From positions 4,960,001 to 5,024,000 of the forward strand of contig OZ223236.1 in NCBI GenBank assembly GCA_965140445.1: DNA of 64,000 nucleotides, in the 5' to 3' direction. The notes below the pieces were generated by a model. It was not told where the DNA came from. It was given only the letters and a program-made list of their open reading frames with translations, and ran no database searches. This DNA is from Candidatus Ozemobacteraceae bacterium. Its GTDB lineage: Bacteria > Muiribacteriota > Ozemobacteria > Ozemobacterales > Ozemobacteraceae. This document shows, piece by piece, positions 19,034 to 28,465 of this stretch. The stretch's first letter is position 1. The number at the start of each line of letters is the position of its first letter. The translations under genes and the position numbers were made by a program.

Positions 19034-19375
19034 TCATCCAGGAGGCCAATTTAACTGCCTTTTTCCAAGCAAATGAAAATGAATATGATACACGGTCTGG
19101 CCACCAAATTCTCCGCAATTGGTCACCACCCGAAAACCCTCTTCAAGATTATTATCCTTAGCGAGCTTTTGAATAGCTTTAAAAATGCCGGAAAGCATTT
19201 CACCATTTGCAGCCTCTGGATCAGAGACCTTTTCAACGTGCTTCGTAGGAATGACCAGAACATGAAACGGCGCCTGAGGATTTAAATCCTTAAACGCTAC
19301 AACTTGCTCATCTCTGTAGATGATGTCAGCTGGGATCTCTCCCTTAACAATTTTACAGAAAATACATTCTACCAT
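19034..19375 (-). CDS. HIT-family (HinT) nucleotide-binding protein
   Basis: MVECIFCKI, AFKDLNPQAPFHVLVIP, GQTVYHIHFHLLG, WPPG. Start re-assigned to ATG 19375. Confidence 0.93.
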   Translation of the reverse strand: MVECIFCKIVKGEIPADIIYRDEQVVAFKDLNPQAPFHVLVIPTKHVEKVSDPEAANGEMLSGIFKAIQKLAKDNNLEEGFRVVTNCGEFGGQTVYHIHFHLLGKRQLNWPPG

Positions 19376-19384
19376 AGCAGGCGG

Positions 19385-19414
19385 ATTATACCGTTTATAG
19401 GTTGTCTTTGTCAA
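19385..19414 (-). promoter_or_regulatory. Consensus sigma70 promoter of the hit-rpsU operon
   Basis: Minus strand TTGACA-N18-TATAAT, ending 9 nt before the ATG. Confidence 0.8.
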
Positions 19415-19429
19415 TCTTTTTCTGTACAC

Positions 19430-19465
19430 AAAAAAAGAGCCAAAAAAATTGGCTCTTTTTTTTTT
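19430..19465 (-). terminator. Intrinsic terminator after aphA
   Basis: AAAAAAAGAGCCAA-aaaaa-TTGGCTCTTTTTTT with A/T tracts on both sides. Confidence 0.8.
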
Positions 19466-19475
19466 AAAGCTTACT

Positions 19476-20126
19476 CTAATTTTCAGAGTTTTCCAGGACG
19501 GACTCACCATGTTTACCAGGGTGATATTTGCCTTTGTTGTTTGAAAGTGGTGATCTCATAAATCTAATTGCACGAACGCCTGCATGGTGAGCTTCACTAA
19601 TGTCAGAATCAGAATCACCGTAGAACAGACGAATATTTTTATTTCTGATGTAAACAGCTTTACTGGTTCTACCAGAGAAAATAACAGGATATTTGTTATC
19701 AAGTTTAAATTCACGGTGAACTATTTTTGTCAAAATTTCATCTTTGGTCCAGGGGCGTGCTGTTATAAAGTAAATTTTATCCCCTCTAGCCTTGTGCATT
19801 TCAATTACATCTCTGGCAGATTGTTTTGGGATGCTGAAATTATCAAAATGACCGTTCATGTCACGCCAAAATTCCATTGAACCTAATACTCTTTTACCGT
19901 AACGATTTGTTCCATTCTCTCCGTCTTTATTTTCAAACCCATAATAAAAACCAGGAGCAGAAAACAGAACAGTGTCATCCACGTCAAAACCAACAGCAAC
20001 AGGTCTCGGGGGAAGGCTATTTTTAATCTGCTCAATACTGATTGAGTTAAAAGCCTGTTGAGCATAACCACCAATAGTAAGAGCTAAACAAAAAAGCGTA
20101 ATAATAAGGATTCTATTTTTTTTCAT
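19476..20126 (-). CDS. aphA: Class B acid phosphatase, secreted HAD family
   Basis: Signal peptide MKKNRILII, GFDVDDTVLFS, FSIPK, FITAR, FYGDSDSDI. GGAGGTG SD before ATG 20126. Confidence 0.9.
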   Translation of the reverse strand: MKKNRILIITLFCLALTIGGYAQQAFNSISIEQIKNSLPPRPVAVGFDVDDTVLFSAPGFYYGFENKDGENGTNRYGKRVLGSMEFWRDMNGHFDNFSIPKQSARDVIEMHKARGDKIYFITARPWTKDEILTKIVHREFKLDNKYPVIFSGRTSKAVYIRNKNIRLFYGDSDSDISEAHHAGVRAIRFMRSPLSNNKGKYHPGKHGESVLENSEN

Positions 20127-20177
20127 TTCTTTCACCTCCGCAGGTTTCAGATTAATATTTTTTATCAAAAAAGGCAA

Positions 20178-21404
20178 TTATATCGGGAATTTGCTATTAA
20201 TTTGTGCCAATGCATCATTTTCAATTTTAAAAACCGGAATTTTAAACTCCTCATAAAAAATCAAATCAGATCTTCGAGATTTAGCAATTAATTTCCATGA
20301 TTTAGGGAAATCTCCATCCAGGTCTGTGCAATCTAGCTTATCTGACAATTTAAGCTCAAACTTAAGCCCCATTTGCCTTCCAAGATGTATAACTGACGGC
20401 TCAATTTCAAATGCAACCCCATCAATTGCGCCTTCTACAGTTTCATATCTTAAGCTAACTCTCCCTTTTGATCCATATGCAACCTTGTCTTCGAACACAA
20501 GGCCAAGCTCTATTCCTTCCAACTTTTCATTTTCAAAACCCTCCTGAAAATGAAGTATTCCTCTGCAAGAATCACCAGGGACAACCGGCAACTGTTCTAA
20601 CTCCAGCTTCGTCCCTGTTCCGGACAATAAAGCAAGATGCCTTTTCCAAAGCAAATAGAAGCTCCCAATTACTGCAAAAAGAAGAAATCCCAGCGAAACA
20701 TAAACCGGGGCAGTTGCGTTCCCACCAAGAAAAATAAAAATGCTCCCACCAAGGAATGCCGTCACAAGAATAAAACTAAGGGTTCCCAAAGGGATAAGTC
20801 TATTAAAATGAGGCTCATCTGATATCTTAAAATCTCTCCAGTATTTTTCCCAACGCCATGGCTGAGATGGATACTGCTTTTTCAACTCCTGTCTTTTATC
20901 CTCATTGGAATTATAATTCCAGAAAACTACAAACAAGACCAGCGTAAGCATAAAAAAGATACCTGAAATAAGAAGATCATAAAAAGATCCCATTGGAGAA
21001 TCAATTATCAAATAAGCTTTGCCAGGTTCTTCTGGATTAACAAGCGCAACAACCTCTTCTTTACTTGTCACAAAGCCTTTTAAATAGGCTACAGCACTTG
21101 CTACCAACTTTGTATCCATTGAAAAAGACGGATCGGGAGCCACATCGTTGCATGAATATTCACTTTCCTTAAATCTATAAGAATAGGAAGCAATAGCGTA
21201 AGCCCCGATAATTTCTTGCTGATGATATAAGGGAAGGGAACCAGCATAGGTAACTTTAGCTGAAACATTATTCCAATTTTTAACTGCAAGATTTTTTGAG
21301 AGGCTTCTCAGACCGGTATTTCCGGTCCATGCAGCACAACACAAAAAGAAAACCGCTCCAAAGAGGTAAATATAACCTCTTCTCCAAAATTCAGCTTCAG
21401 TCAT
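20178..21404 (-). CDS. Membrane protein with a DUF3592-like N-terminal domain
   Basis: TM, W..VSAKV...YSY.F...Y, VNPEEPGKAYL, further TMs, PWRW motif, soluble C-terminus. Confidence 0.55.
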   Translation of the reverse strand: MTEAEFWRRGYIYLFGAVFFLCCAAWTGNTGLRSLSKNLAVKNWNNVSAKVTYAGSLPLYHQQEIIGAYAIASYSYRFKESEYSCNDVAPDPSFSMDTKLVASAVAYLKGFVTSKEEVVALVNPEEPGKAYLIIDSPMGSFYDLLISGIFFMLTLVLFVVFWNYNSNEDKRQELKKQYPSQPWRWEKYWRDFKISDEPHFNRLIPLGTLSFILVTAFLGGSIFIFLGGNATAPVYVSLGFLLFAVIGSFYLLWKRHLALLSGTGTKLELEQLPVVPGDSCRGILHFQEGFENEKLEGIELGLVFEDKVAYGSKGRVSLRYETVEGAIDGVAFEIEPSVIHLGRQMGLKFELKLSDKLDCTDLDGDFPKSWKLIAKSRRSDLIFYEEFKIPVFKIENDALAQINSKFPI

Positions 21405-21488
21405 TTGAATTCCTCTCCAGCCAAAAAGTTATCGCAAGCTTAAGCGAAAACTATTGCTAATGTTAGAGTTTTTTGAAATAATAGCTCA

Positions 21489-21902
21489 ATGAATCATAGA
21501 ATCGCAATATTTCAAATCGTCCTAATGGTTTTGGTAGCATTTTTTGCGCCTTTTGCTGCAGAAAAAGAATGCTCCCCTAATCATCTTTTTCACGACGATT
21601 TCCACGGTGACCACACCCATAACCACACGCTACATACCCTCATATCAAGCTGTTGCAATGATCTGGATAAAAATCCATCTGAAGTTCATCATTGCCAGAG
21701 TTTTCAGTTGGAAGAAAATGTCGCCATAGCTTGTCAAAACCGATATAGAGACAACCATCTTTTAAGTTCCAACAAAGTTTCAGCAACAATTGAGTTTTCT
21801 CAAACTTTTCAACATGAGTTATTAAAATCAACCCCAAACTCTTATTTAACCGTTCCTTTTACTCAGATAGAGGAAAAAAACACTATAGTTCTGCTGATTT
21901 GA
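21489..21902 (+). CDS. Small exported His/Cys-rich protein upstream of the metal efflux pump
   Basis: Signal-like N-terminus, HLFHDDFHGDHTHNHTLH..CC..HHC, C-terminal TIVLLI. Confidence 0.6.
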   Translation: MNHRIAIFQIVLMVLVAFFAPFAAEKECSPNHLFHDDFHGDHTHNHTLHTLISSCCNDLDKNPSEVHHCQSFQLEENVAIACQNRYRDNHLLSSNKVSATIEFSQTFQHELLKSTPNSYLTVPFTQIEEKNTIVLLI

Positions 21903-21951
21903 TACGTATCCGGTTTTTTTCACCGCATAAAAATCAAATCAGGAGACAAAA

Positions 21952-23658
21952 ATGAAAACGACAAATCCATCTATTCCTGCCGTTTTGGCATTAATAGTTT
22001 TTATTTCAATTATTTATATTAACAACATTTCAGCCCAGGACCACAAACACACTGAAAGTTGCTCACACGATCAATTAAAGGTGGAAAATGATCATCAAGA
22101 CCATACAGGTCACAGCCACGGCCATGAAGCTGATTCAGATGAGCATAATCACGAAGCTGAAGTAGATGAGCATGCAGGGCACAACCATGTTTCTGCTACA
22201 AGCGAAAGCGGCCACGAAGGACATAATCATGGCTCTGAAGCTGGGGTCAATCTTTCAGCAGCTCAAAAAGAAAACGCAAAGATAAGCCTATCGACAGCAA
22301 AAGGTGGAGAACTATACAGAGAGCTAAAAGTACCAGCTGAAGTGACTTTGAACACTGACAATATGGCACAGGTTTCACCGCGAACATTTGGAATAGTTAA
22401 ACAGGTGTTAGTGACTGAAGGAACAAAAGTAAAAAAAGGTGATCTCCTGGCTATAATTGATTGCCCCGAAATTGGGACTGCCAAGCTGGAATTTCTCTCA
22501 GCCTTAGCCGAAGTTAGCAATTCCTGCCTGAACTTCGAAAGAGCAAAAACAATAAAAACCAATACTGAAAAACTTTTAAAACTCCTAAAAACAAATCCAG
22601 ACCTGGACCAGCTGCGAAAAACATCTTTTGGAGATTTGGGAGAAAATAGAAGTCGTCTGATAGGTGATTACGCAGCATTCATTCAAGCTCAATCTGACTT
22701 TTTAAGGCTGAAACAGCTAATTTCCAAAAGATTATCAAGCCAACAAGATTTCCAGAAAGCACAAACAGATTACAAAAGAGCCGCAGCTCTGTATGAAGAT
22801 GCTTGCGACGTTACAGCATTTAAGGTGAAACAAGATTACCAGGAAAACGTCAACAAGCTAAAAGTTACAGAATTTCATAAAAATAATGCTGCGAGAAATT
22901 TGCAAATCCTGGGTGTTGAATTGGAAAGAATTTCTGAATTAGAAAAAGTTTTTAGCGATACAGGCTATTCTTCTAAACCGGAAGAATATTTCTGCGAGTC
23001 CTGTGCCGGGCTTGAATGTCCTCCTAATAAAAAGAAAAATCCCCTGTTCCATTCTGACCATTCACTTGCAGCAAACCTGATAGTAGCACCCGTCGCCGGA
23101 ACCATTATTAGCAGAAGCTGTGTAAAAGGTGAGCGCCTGGAAGAAGGCAAAGTAATCTTCCAAATAGCTGATTTAAGAACGGTTTGGGTCGATTTAAAAA
23201 TCCCAATGACAAACTTAAATAGCGTGAAACAGGGGGATAAAGTATTGATTACCTCCAAAGATCTCAAACTTGAAACTTACGGAGAAATCTCTTTTATTTT
23301 TCCGGTAATTGATGAACGAACCAGAGCAGCCAAGGCCCGAATCACCTTGCAAAACACAGGACAGCTGTGGAAACCCGGAACTTTTGTCAGTGCATTTCTT
23401 TCTATTGATAAAACAAATGCAGAGGTTGTTGTTCCACTTTCTTCAATTCAAAAAATTGGCAACGAAATGGTTGTCTTTACCCCAGCAGGAAAAGGCTTTG
23501 CGACTAAAGTTGTAAAAATTGGGATGAAAGACAGCAAAAGTGCGCAAATTCTCTCTGGTCTAAAAAAAGGAGAACAGTTTGTTTCGGAAGGTGCTTTTAA
23601 GCTTAAGGCAACGATGATAACTTCCGGCCTTGATCCTCACGCCGGCCACGGTCATTAA
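21952..23658 (+). CDS. CzcB/CusB-type RND periplasmic adaptor with His-rich N-terminus
   Basis: His-rich stretch, G..VKKGDLL, IVAPVAGTI, IADLRTVWV, WKPGTFV, C-terminal DPHAGHGH. Confidence 0.88.
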   Translation: MKTTNPSIPAVLALIVFISIIYINNISAQDHKHTESCSHDQLKVENDHQDHTGHSHGHEADSDEHNHEAEVDEHAGHNHVSATSESGHEGHNHGSEAGVNLSAAQKENAKISLSTAKGGELYRELKVPAEVTLNTDNMAQVSPRTFGIVKQVLVTEGTKVKKGDLLAIIDCPEIGTAKLEFLSALAEVSNSCLNFERAKTIKTNTEKLLKLLKTNPDLDQLRKTSFGDLGENRSRLIGDYAAFIQAQSDFLRLKQLISKRLSSQQDFQKAQTDYKRAAALYEDACDVTAFKVKQDYQENVNKLKVTEFHKNNAARNLQILGVELERISELEKVFSDTGYSSKPEEYFCESCAGLECPPNKKKNPLFHSDHSLAANLIVAPVAGTIISRSCVKGERLEEGKVIFQIADLRTVWVDLKIPMTNLNSVKQGDKVLITSKDLKLETYGEISFIFPVIDERTRAAKARITLQNTGQLWKPGTFVSAFLSIDKTNAEVVVPLSSIQKIGNEMVVFTPAGKGFATKVVKIGMKDSKSAQILSGLKKGEQFVSEGAFKLKATMITSGLDPHAGHGH

Positions 23659-23673
23659 TAAAAGGAATAAACA

Positions 23674-26600
23674 ATGATTAATAGAATTATAAAGCTTTCC
23701 GTAAGATGGAAAGAAATTTCACTGTTTCTTCTTTTCGCTCTACTTTGCTGGGGAATCAACAGTTATCAGAATATGCCAATTGACGCTTTTCCAGATATTT
23801 CTCCTGTAATGGTGCCAATTTTTGCCGAAGCAGACGGCATGGCTCCTGAAGAAGTAGAACGACTTATAACCTACCCGATCGAAACAAAAATGAACGGGCT
23901 ACCCGGAGTTGAAAGAGTCAAATCTACATCAGCTTTTGGTATGGCGGTTATCTATGTTTACTTTTCAGAGAATACGGATATTTACTTTGCTCGACAGTTA
24001 GTCAATGAACGCTTAAACAGTAGTCTTGCAGATCTTCCAGAAATGAAAGATCCACCTAAACTTGGGCCAATATCCACTGGACTGGGACAGATTTTTATTT
24101 ATTACCTAACCGCTGATGACAGCATCGATACCGGAGGAAAAGATAAGCTGACCTACCTTCGTGATTTAAATGACTGGGTAATCAAGTTTCAACTTCAAAC
24201 AATACCAGGGGTAACAGATATTCTTTCTGTGGGTGGGCACATTTTACAATACCAAATAAATGTAGACCCTTACGCCCTGCAAAAATACAAGCTGAGTCTT
24301 GAAAATATAGAAGAAGCTGTTCACAAAAATAATAGCAACACGGGCGGACAATATCTTACGATTGGTTCTGAAGAGCATTTAATCAGAGGAATCGGCTTAC
24401 TGAATAATTTAGAGGAAATCCGACAAATCCCTCTAAAAATGGAAAACGGAATACCAATAAAAATTGAAGACGTTGCACAGGTCCAGTTTGGAAAAGGAAT
24501 CCGAAGAGGAGTTGTTTCTCGCAACGGAGAAGAAGAAGTTGTATCAGGACTTGTTTTAAAACTCTTTGGAGAAAATACTTCAGCAGTAATTCAAAGACTT
24601 TACAAAAAAATCCCGGAAATCCAAAAAGGTCTGCCAAAAGGCGTAAAAATCGTTCCATATTACGAACAGGCCCACCTTGTAAACCAGGCCACCTGGACAG
24701 TTAAAAAATCCCTTCTTCAGGGGGCAGTTTTAGTCGTTATCGTTTTGATGGTTCTGCTGGGTAGCCTTAGAGCGTCTTTAATCGTAGCGATGGCACTTCC
24801 ATTTTGCGCCTGCACAGCATTCATAGGAATGAGAATTTTTGGAATTTCCGCCAACCTGATGTCTCTTGGGGGAATTGCCATTGGGCTTGGAATGCTTGTA
24901 GACGGCTCAATTGTTGTTGTTGAAAACGTTGTTAGGCACCTGACCAAGAAAGATCCACAAAAACGTTCGACGGAAAAAATAGTAGTTGAATCAGCTAAAG
25001 AAGTTGGAAAACCAATTACTTTTGCTATTTTGATTGTTGTGGCTGTTTTCCTACCTATTCTTTCTTTGGAAGGCACAGAAGGAAAGATGTTCTCTCCAAT
25101 GGCCTACACCATCTGCTTCGCTCTTCTTGGTTCAATTTTAGCAGCTTTATCTCTTGCTCCAGCTCTTTCTTTTCTATTTCTAAAAAATGAGGTCGAAAAA
25201 GAAACCGCTTTCTTCAAATTTTTAAAACCATATTATCTGAAATCATTAAAGGGAACTCTTAAAAAACCAATAATGACAGTTATGGTAGCTGTAATTGCTA
25301 CAGCTTTCAGTTTTATTGCAATATGGAATATGGGAACAGAGTTTATTCCCACTCTTGAAGAAGGCTCAATTATGATAGGAGCTACAATGGCTCCGTCAAT
25401 TAGTCTTGATGAAGCCGTAAAAACTATTCAATCGATAGAGAAAAAGCTCATAAAAATAAAAGATGTCCATGAAGTAATTTCAAGGATTGGTCGTCCTGAA
25501 GCCGGCAGTCATCCACACCCTGTTAACTATGCAGAAATACACATTGAGCTAAAACCACCTTCAGAATGGAGTGAATATTCAAGCAAAGACCAAATTCAAG
25601 AACGAGTTAGAGATGAATTGAAAACAGTAACAGGCTTAACCACGAACTTCACACAACCAATTCAGAACGCTTTTGACGAGTTACTTTCCGGCACTAAAGC
25701 TCAAATTGCCATAAATGTTTACGGGGAAAACCTGAACACACTAAAAACAAAAGCAGAAGAAATACTTCATGCCACGCAGGGTGTAAAAGGTTTCACGGAC
25801 GTAGCTGCCGAACAAAGTTTTGGTCAGCCGCAAATAAAAATAGTTGCCAATAGAGATGCCTGTGCAAGATATGGCATTGAAATTAGTGAAATTCTTGAGT
25901 TGGTAGAAACTGCCATCGGTGGAAGGGTTATAGATCAACTCTACTTAAATACAAGACGCTATGACATTTATCTTCGTTACAAACAAATTGACAGATCAGA
26001 TGTAAATTCCCTGAAACAACTTATTGTTCATTCCGACAATGGTAAAATTGTCAGCTTGGAACAGGTTGCAGATATACAAATGGTAGAAGGTCCCATCCAG
26101 ATTAACCGCCAGAATAGTCAACGAAGATGGGTTGTTCACGGAAATATTAAAGGGCGCGCCTTAAGCGAAGTAGTAGAAGATATACGACAGGCTATTTCCT
26201 TGAAAGTAAAACTTCCCACAGGCTATTTTGTTGAGTTTGGAGGCCAATTCGAAAATCAACAAAGGGCGATGGGCAAATTAAAAATTATTATTCCAGTAGT
26301 AATCGGAGTAATTTTTCTCTTGCTTTGGTTAACCTTTAACTCGCTTAGACATGCGTCAATAGTAATCTTAAATGTTCCAATGGCTCTGATTGGAGGGGTG
26401 ACGGGACTAATTATCACCGGCCAGTATCTTTCTGTTCCAGCTTCAGTTGGATTTATCGCCCTTTTTGGAATTGCAATGCAAGATGCAGTTGTGTTAATTA
26501 CTGACTTTAACGATTACCGAAAAATGGGGTTTGACTTACACTCAGCGATAGTAGACGGAGCAATGATTAGATTCAGAGCAGTTTTAATGACAACTCTCAC

Positions 26601-26796
26601 TACACTTCTAGGGCTTTTGCCGCTCCTTCTTTCAACGAGTGCAGGGTCAGAAATTCAACGACCTTTGGCTGCAACCGTTGTTTTTGGACTAGCGAGTTCA
26701 ACACTTCTTACACTTTATGTTATACCTTCGGTATATAAATTAGTTGAAGAAAAGTTTTTGGCTTCGGATTCTAAAAATTCCTCTGAAAATAGCTAA
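23674..26796 (+). CDS. CzcA/CusA-family heavy-metal efflux RND permease
   Basis: PIDAFPDI, APEEVERLITYPIE, DIYFARQLVNERL, NLMSLGG, GMLVDGSIVVVEN, GTEFIPTLEEG, GGQFENQQRA. Confidence 0.93.
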   Translation: MINRIIKLSVRWKEISLFLLFALLCWGINSYQNMPIDAFPDISPVMVPIFAEADGMAPEEVERLITYPIETKMNGLPGVERVKSTSAFGMAVIYVYFSENTDIYFARQLVNERLNSSLADLPEMKDPPKLGPISTGLGQIFIYYLTADDSIDTGGKDKLTYLRDLNDWVIKFQLQTIPGVTDILSVGGHILQYQINVDPYALQKYKLSLENIEEAVHKNNSNTGGQYLTIGSEEHLIRGIGLLNNLEEIRQIPLKMENGIPIKIEDVAQVQFGKGIRRGVVSRNGEEEVVSGLVLKLFGENTSAVIQRLYKKIPEIQKGLPKGVKIVPYYEQAHLVNQATWTVKKSLLQGAVLVVIVLMVLLGSLRASLIVAMALPFCACTAFIGMRIFGISANLMSLGGIAIGLGMLVDGSIVVVENVVRHLTKKDPQKRSTEKIVVESAKEVGKPITFAILIVVAVFLPILSLEGTEGKMFSPMAYTICFALLGSILAALSLAPALSFLFLKNEVEKETAFFKFLKPYYLKSLKGTLKKPIMTVMVAVIATAFSFIAIWNMGTEFIPTLEEGSIMIGATMAPSISLDEAVKTIQSIEKKLIKIKDVHEVISRIGRPEAGSHPHPVNYAEIHIELKPPSEWSEYSSKDQIQERVRDELKTVTGLTTNFTQPIQNAFDELLSGTKAQIAINVYGENLNTLKTKAEEILHATQGVKGFTDVAAEQSFGQPQIKIVANRDACARYGIEISEILELVETAIGGRVIDQLYLNTRRYDIYLRYKQIDRSDVNSLKQLIVHSDNGKIVSLEQVADIQMVEGPIQINRQNSQRRWVVHGNIKGRALSEVVEDIRQAISLKVKLPTGYFVEFGGQFENQQRAMGKLKIIIPVVIGVIFLLLWLTFNSLRHASIVILNVPMALIGGVTGLIITGQYLSVPASVGFIALFGIAMQDAVVLITDFNDYRKMGFDLHSAIVDGAMIRFRAVLMTTLTTLLGLLPLLLSTSAGSEIQRPLAATVVFGLASSTLLTLYVIPSVYKLVEEKFLASDSKNSSENS

Positions 26797-26810
26797 ATGG
26801 AGAAAACAAA

Positions 26811-27617
26811 ATGATTACTGGAAATCCCAGAAACATAAAAATTAATGCTGATAAATGCCTGAAAGATGGGTTATGTATTGCCGCATGCCCCGCTAAGATT
26901 ATGACTCCATCAAACTCAGGAGTTCCTGATATAAACTCAAAAATAGCATCAGGATGCATAAATTGTGGCCACTGCGTGGCAATTTGCCCTTCCAGCGCTA
27001 TCAGCGTTGAGAATATATCAGGAGAAGCCTGCGAAGCTTTACCCAAAGAAATTGCAAGTTTTGAAAGTCTGAATGGCTTAATAAAAACCAGACGTTCTAT
27101 AAGAAATTTTAAGGACGAACTGGTTGATTCAGAGCTTTTAAAGGAAATTATTTCGGCGACAAAATATGCTCCAACCGCAAAAAACTCTCAGATGCTCAGC
27201 TGGATACTTATTAATGGCAAAGAACGAGTCAGACAACTATCTGAAAAGGTTATTGACGCATTTAGAAAAGACCCGAATATGGCTTCTATTATCAAGGCAT
27301 TTGAGAATGGTTATGATGTTGTCCACAGAGGAGCTCCTCATGTTGCTGTAGTCTTGACACCCAAAGCTTATAATTGGGCAGCTCTGGATGGGGCAATTGC
27401 GATTTCTTATCTGGACTTGCTGGCAACAACTAAAGGAATTGGAACTTGCTGGGCTGGCTTCACAACTTATGGCTCAGTTCTTTCTCCTGAAGTCGCCAAA
27501 AGTATTGGAGTGCCAGAAACTCATAAAATCGCAGGGGCTATGATGCTTGGACATCCCAAATTAAAATACAAAAAAATACCAAACCGCAACGAAACAAACC
27601 TAACTGTGGTATCATAA
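26811..27617 (+). CDS. Nitroreductase with N-terminal ferredoxin (4Fe-4S) domain
   Basis: CLKDGLCIAACP, CINCGHCVAICP, RRSIRNF, APTAKNSQ, GIGTCWAG. Confidence 0.9.
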   Translation: MITGNPRNIKINADKCLKDGLCIAACPAKIMTPSNSGVPDINSKIASGCINCGHCVAICPSSAISVENISGEACEALPKEIASFESLNGLIKTRRSIRNFKDELVDSELLKEIISATKYAPTAKNSQMLSWILINGKERVRQLSEKVIDAFRKDPNMASIIKAFENGYDVVHRGAPHVAVVLTPKAYNWAALDGAIAISYLDLLATTKGIGTCWAGFTTYGSVLSPEVAKSIGVPETHKIAGAMMLGHPKLKYKKIPNRNETNLTVVS

Positions 27618-27627
27618 TATCGAACTT

Positions 27628-27657
27628 GAATTCTACTGGAATCTTCCAGTAGAATTC
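27628..27657. repeat. Perfect 14-bp inverted repeat (operator or RNA hairpin)
   Basis: GAATTCTACTGGAA-TC-TTCCAGTAGAATTC; no U-tract. Confidence 0.75.
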
Positions 27658-27676
27658 CTCTCTTTGGAGGCCCTTG

Positions 27677-28441
27677 GTGGATAAAAATTTCGATGAGTTA
27701 GCAGATAGATTTAAGAGCAAAGTTTATAAAGCAGGAAAAGGCGAAATACGCCAGGCTGTTCTTCAATACGATATTCTGAGAAGTTTTCCTGAAATAGAAC
27801 AACCACATGAGCTCAAAATTCTTGATGCTGGCGGAGGAATGGGGCAAATTTCAAGATGGCTAGCTGCTAAGGGTCACAAAATTATGCTTTGTGATTTATC
27901 TGGAGAAATGCTGGAAATTGCCAGGGAAGAAAACAAACTAGCGGGGCTTGAGGACCGCATAGAACTTGTTCAATCACCACTACAGAAACTTCCAAGAATG
28001 TTCAAACCAGAAACTTTCGATTTAATTCTTCTTCATGGCGTAATAGAGTGGATGGAAAAGCCTCTGAATGCTATTCAAGTGCTATATCCTCTGTTAAAAA
28101 GAGATGGTGGCATGTCACTTCTCTATTTTAACCGTGAAAAACTCATTTTAAAATGGGGCATTAATGGGCAATACAAAAAAGCATTAGATGGAAAATCCGA
28201 AGATTTAAGACCGCTAACTCCCACCAATCCATTATCAGAGCATGAAGTTTTGCCGCTTTTGCGAAAACTTGGCTTCAAAAGCCTTTCAAAAGCTGGGATT
28301 AGAATATTTTTTGACTTTTTCAAAAATGAAGCACCTAAAAACCCAGATATAGAAAAATCAATAGAGCTGGAAAAAAATTATTGCCACATTGAGCCATTTG
28401 CCTCGCTAGGTGAACACACTCACGTAGCCTGCAGGCGATAG
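27677..28441 (+). CDS. SAM-dependent methyltransferase, SmtA/CmoM-like
   Basis: DKNFDELADRF..KVY...KGEIRQAVL, ILDAGGGMG, HGVIEWM, EPFASLG. GTG 27677 is best spaced from GGAGG. Confidence 0.8.
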   Translation: MDKNFDELADRFKSKVYKAGKGEIRQAVLQYDILRSFPEIEQPHELKILDAGGGMGQISRWLAAKGHKIMLCDLSGEMLEIAREENKLAGLEDRIELVQSPLQKLPRMFKPETFDLILLHGVIEWMEKPLNAIQVLYPLLKRDGGMSLLYFNREKLILKWGINGQYKKALDGKSEDLRPLTPTNPLSEHEVLPLLRKLGFKSLSKAGIRIFFDFFKNEAPKNPDIEKSIELEKNYCHIEPFASLGEHTHVACRR

Positions 28442-28465
28442 CACCTCCCTTTTCACATAAAATCG

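Noticed and set aside
19376..19510. N-terminal extensions in the ORF track (HIT; likewise at 10517, 20177, 30437, 46474, 50924, 54992, 62735)
   Set aside because: They run through terminators, promoters or upstream genes. Downstream starts fit family N-termini and, in most cases, SD sites.
22081..22240. Short repeats suggestive of a CRISPR or VNTR array
   Set aside because: They are in-frame His-rich coding repeats with no constant repeat-spacer structure and no cas genes.
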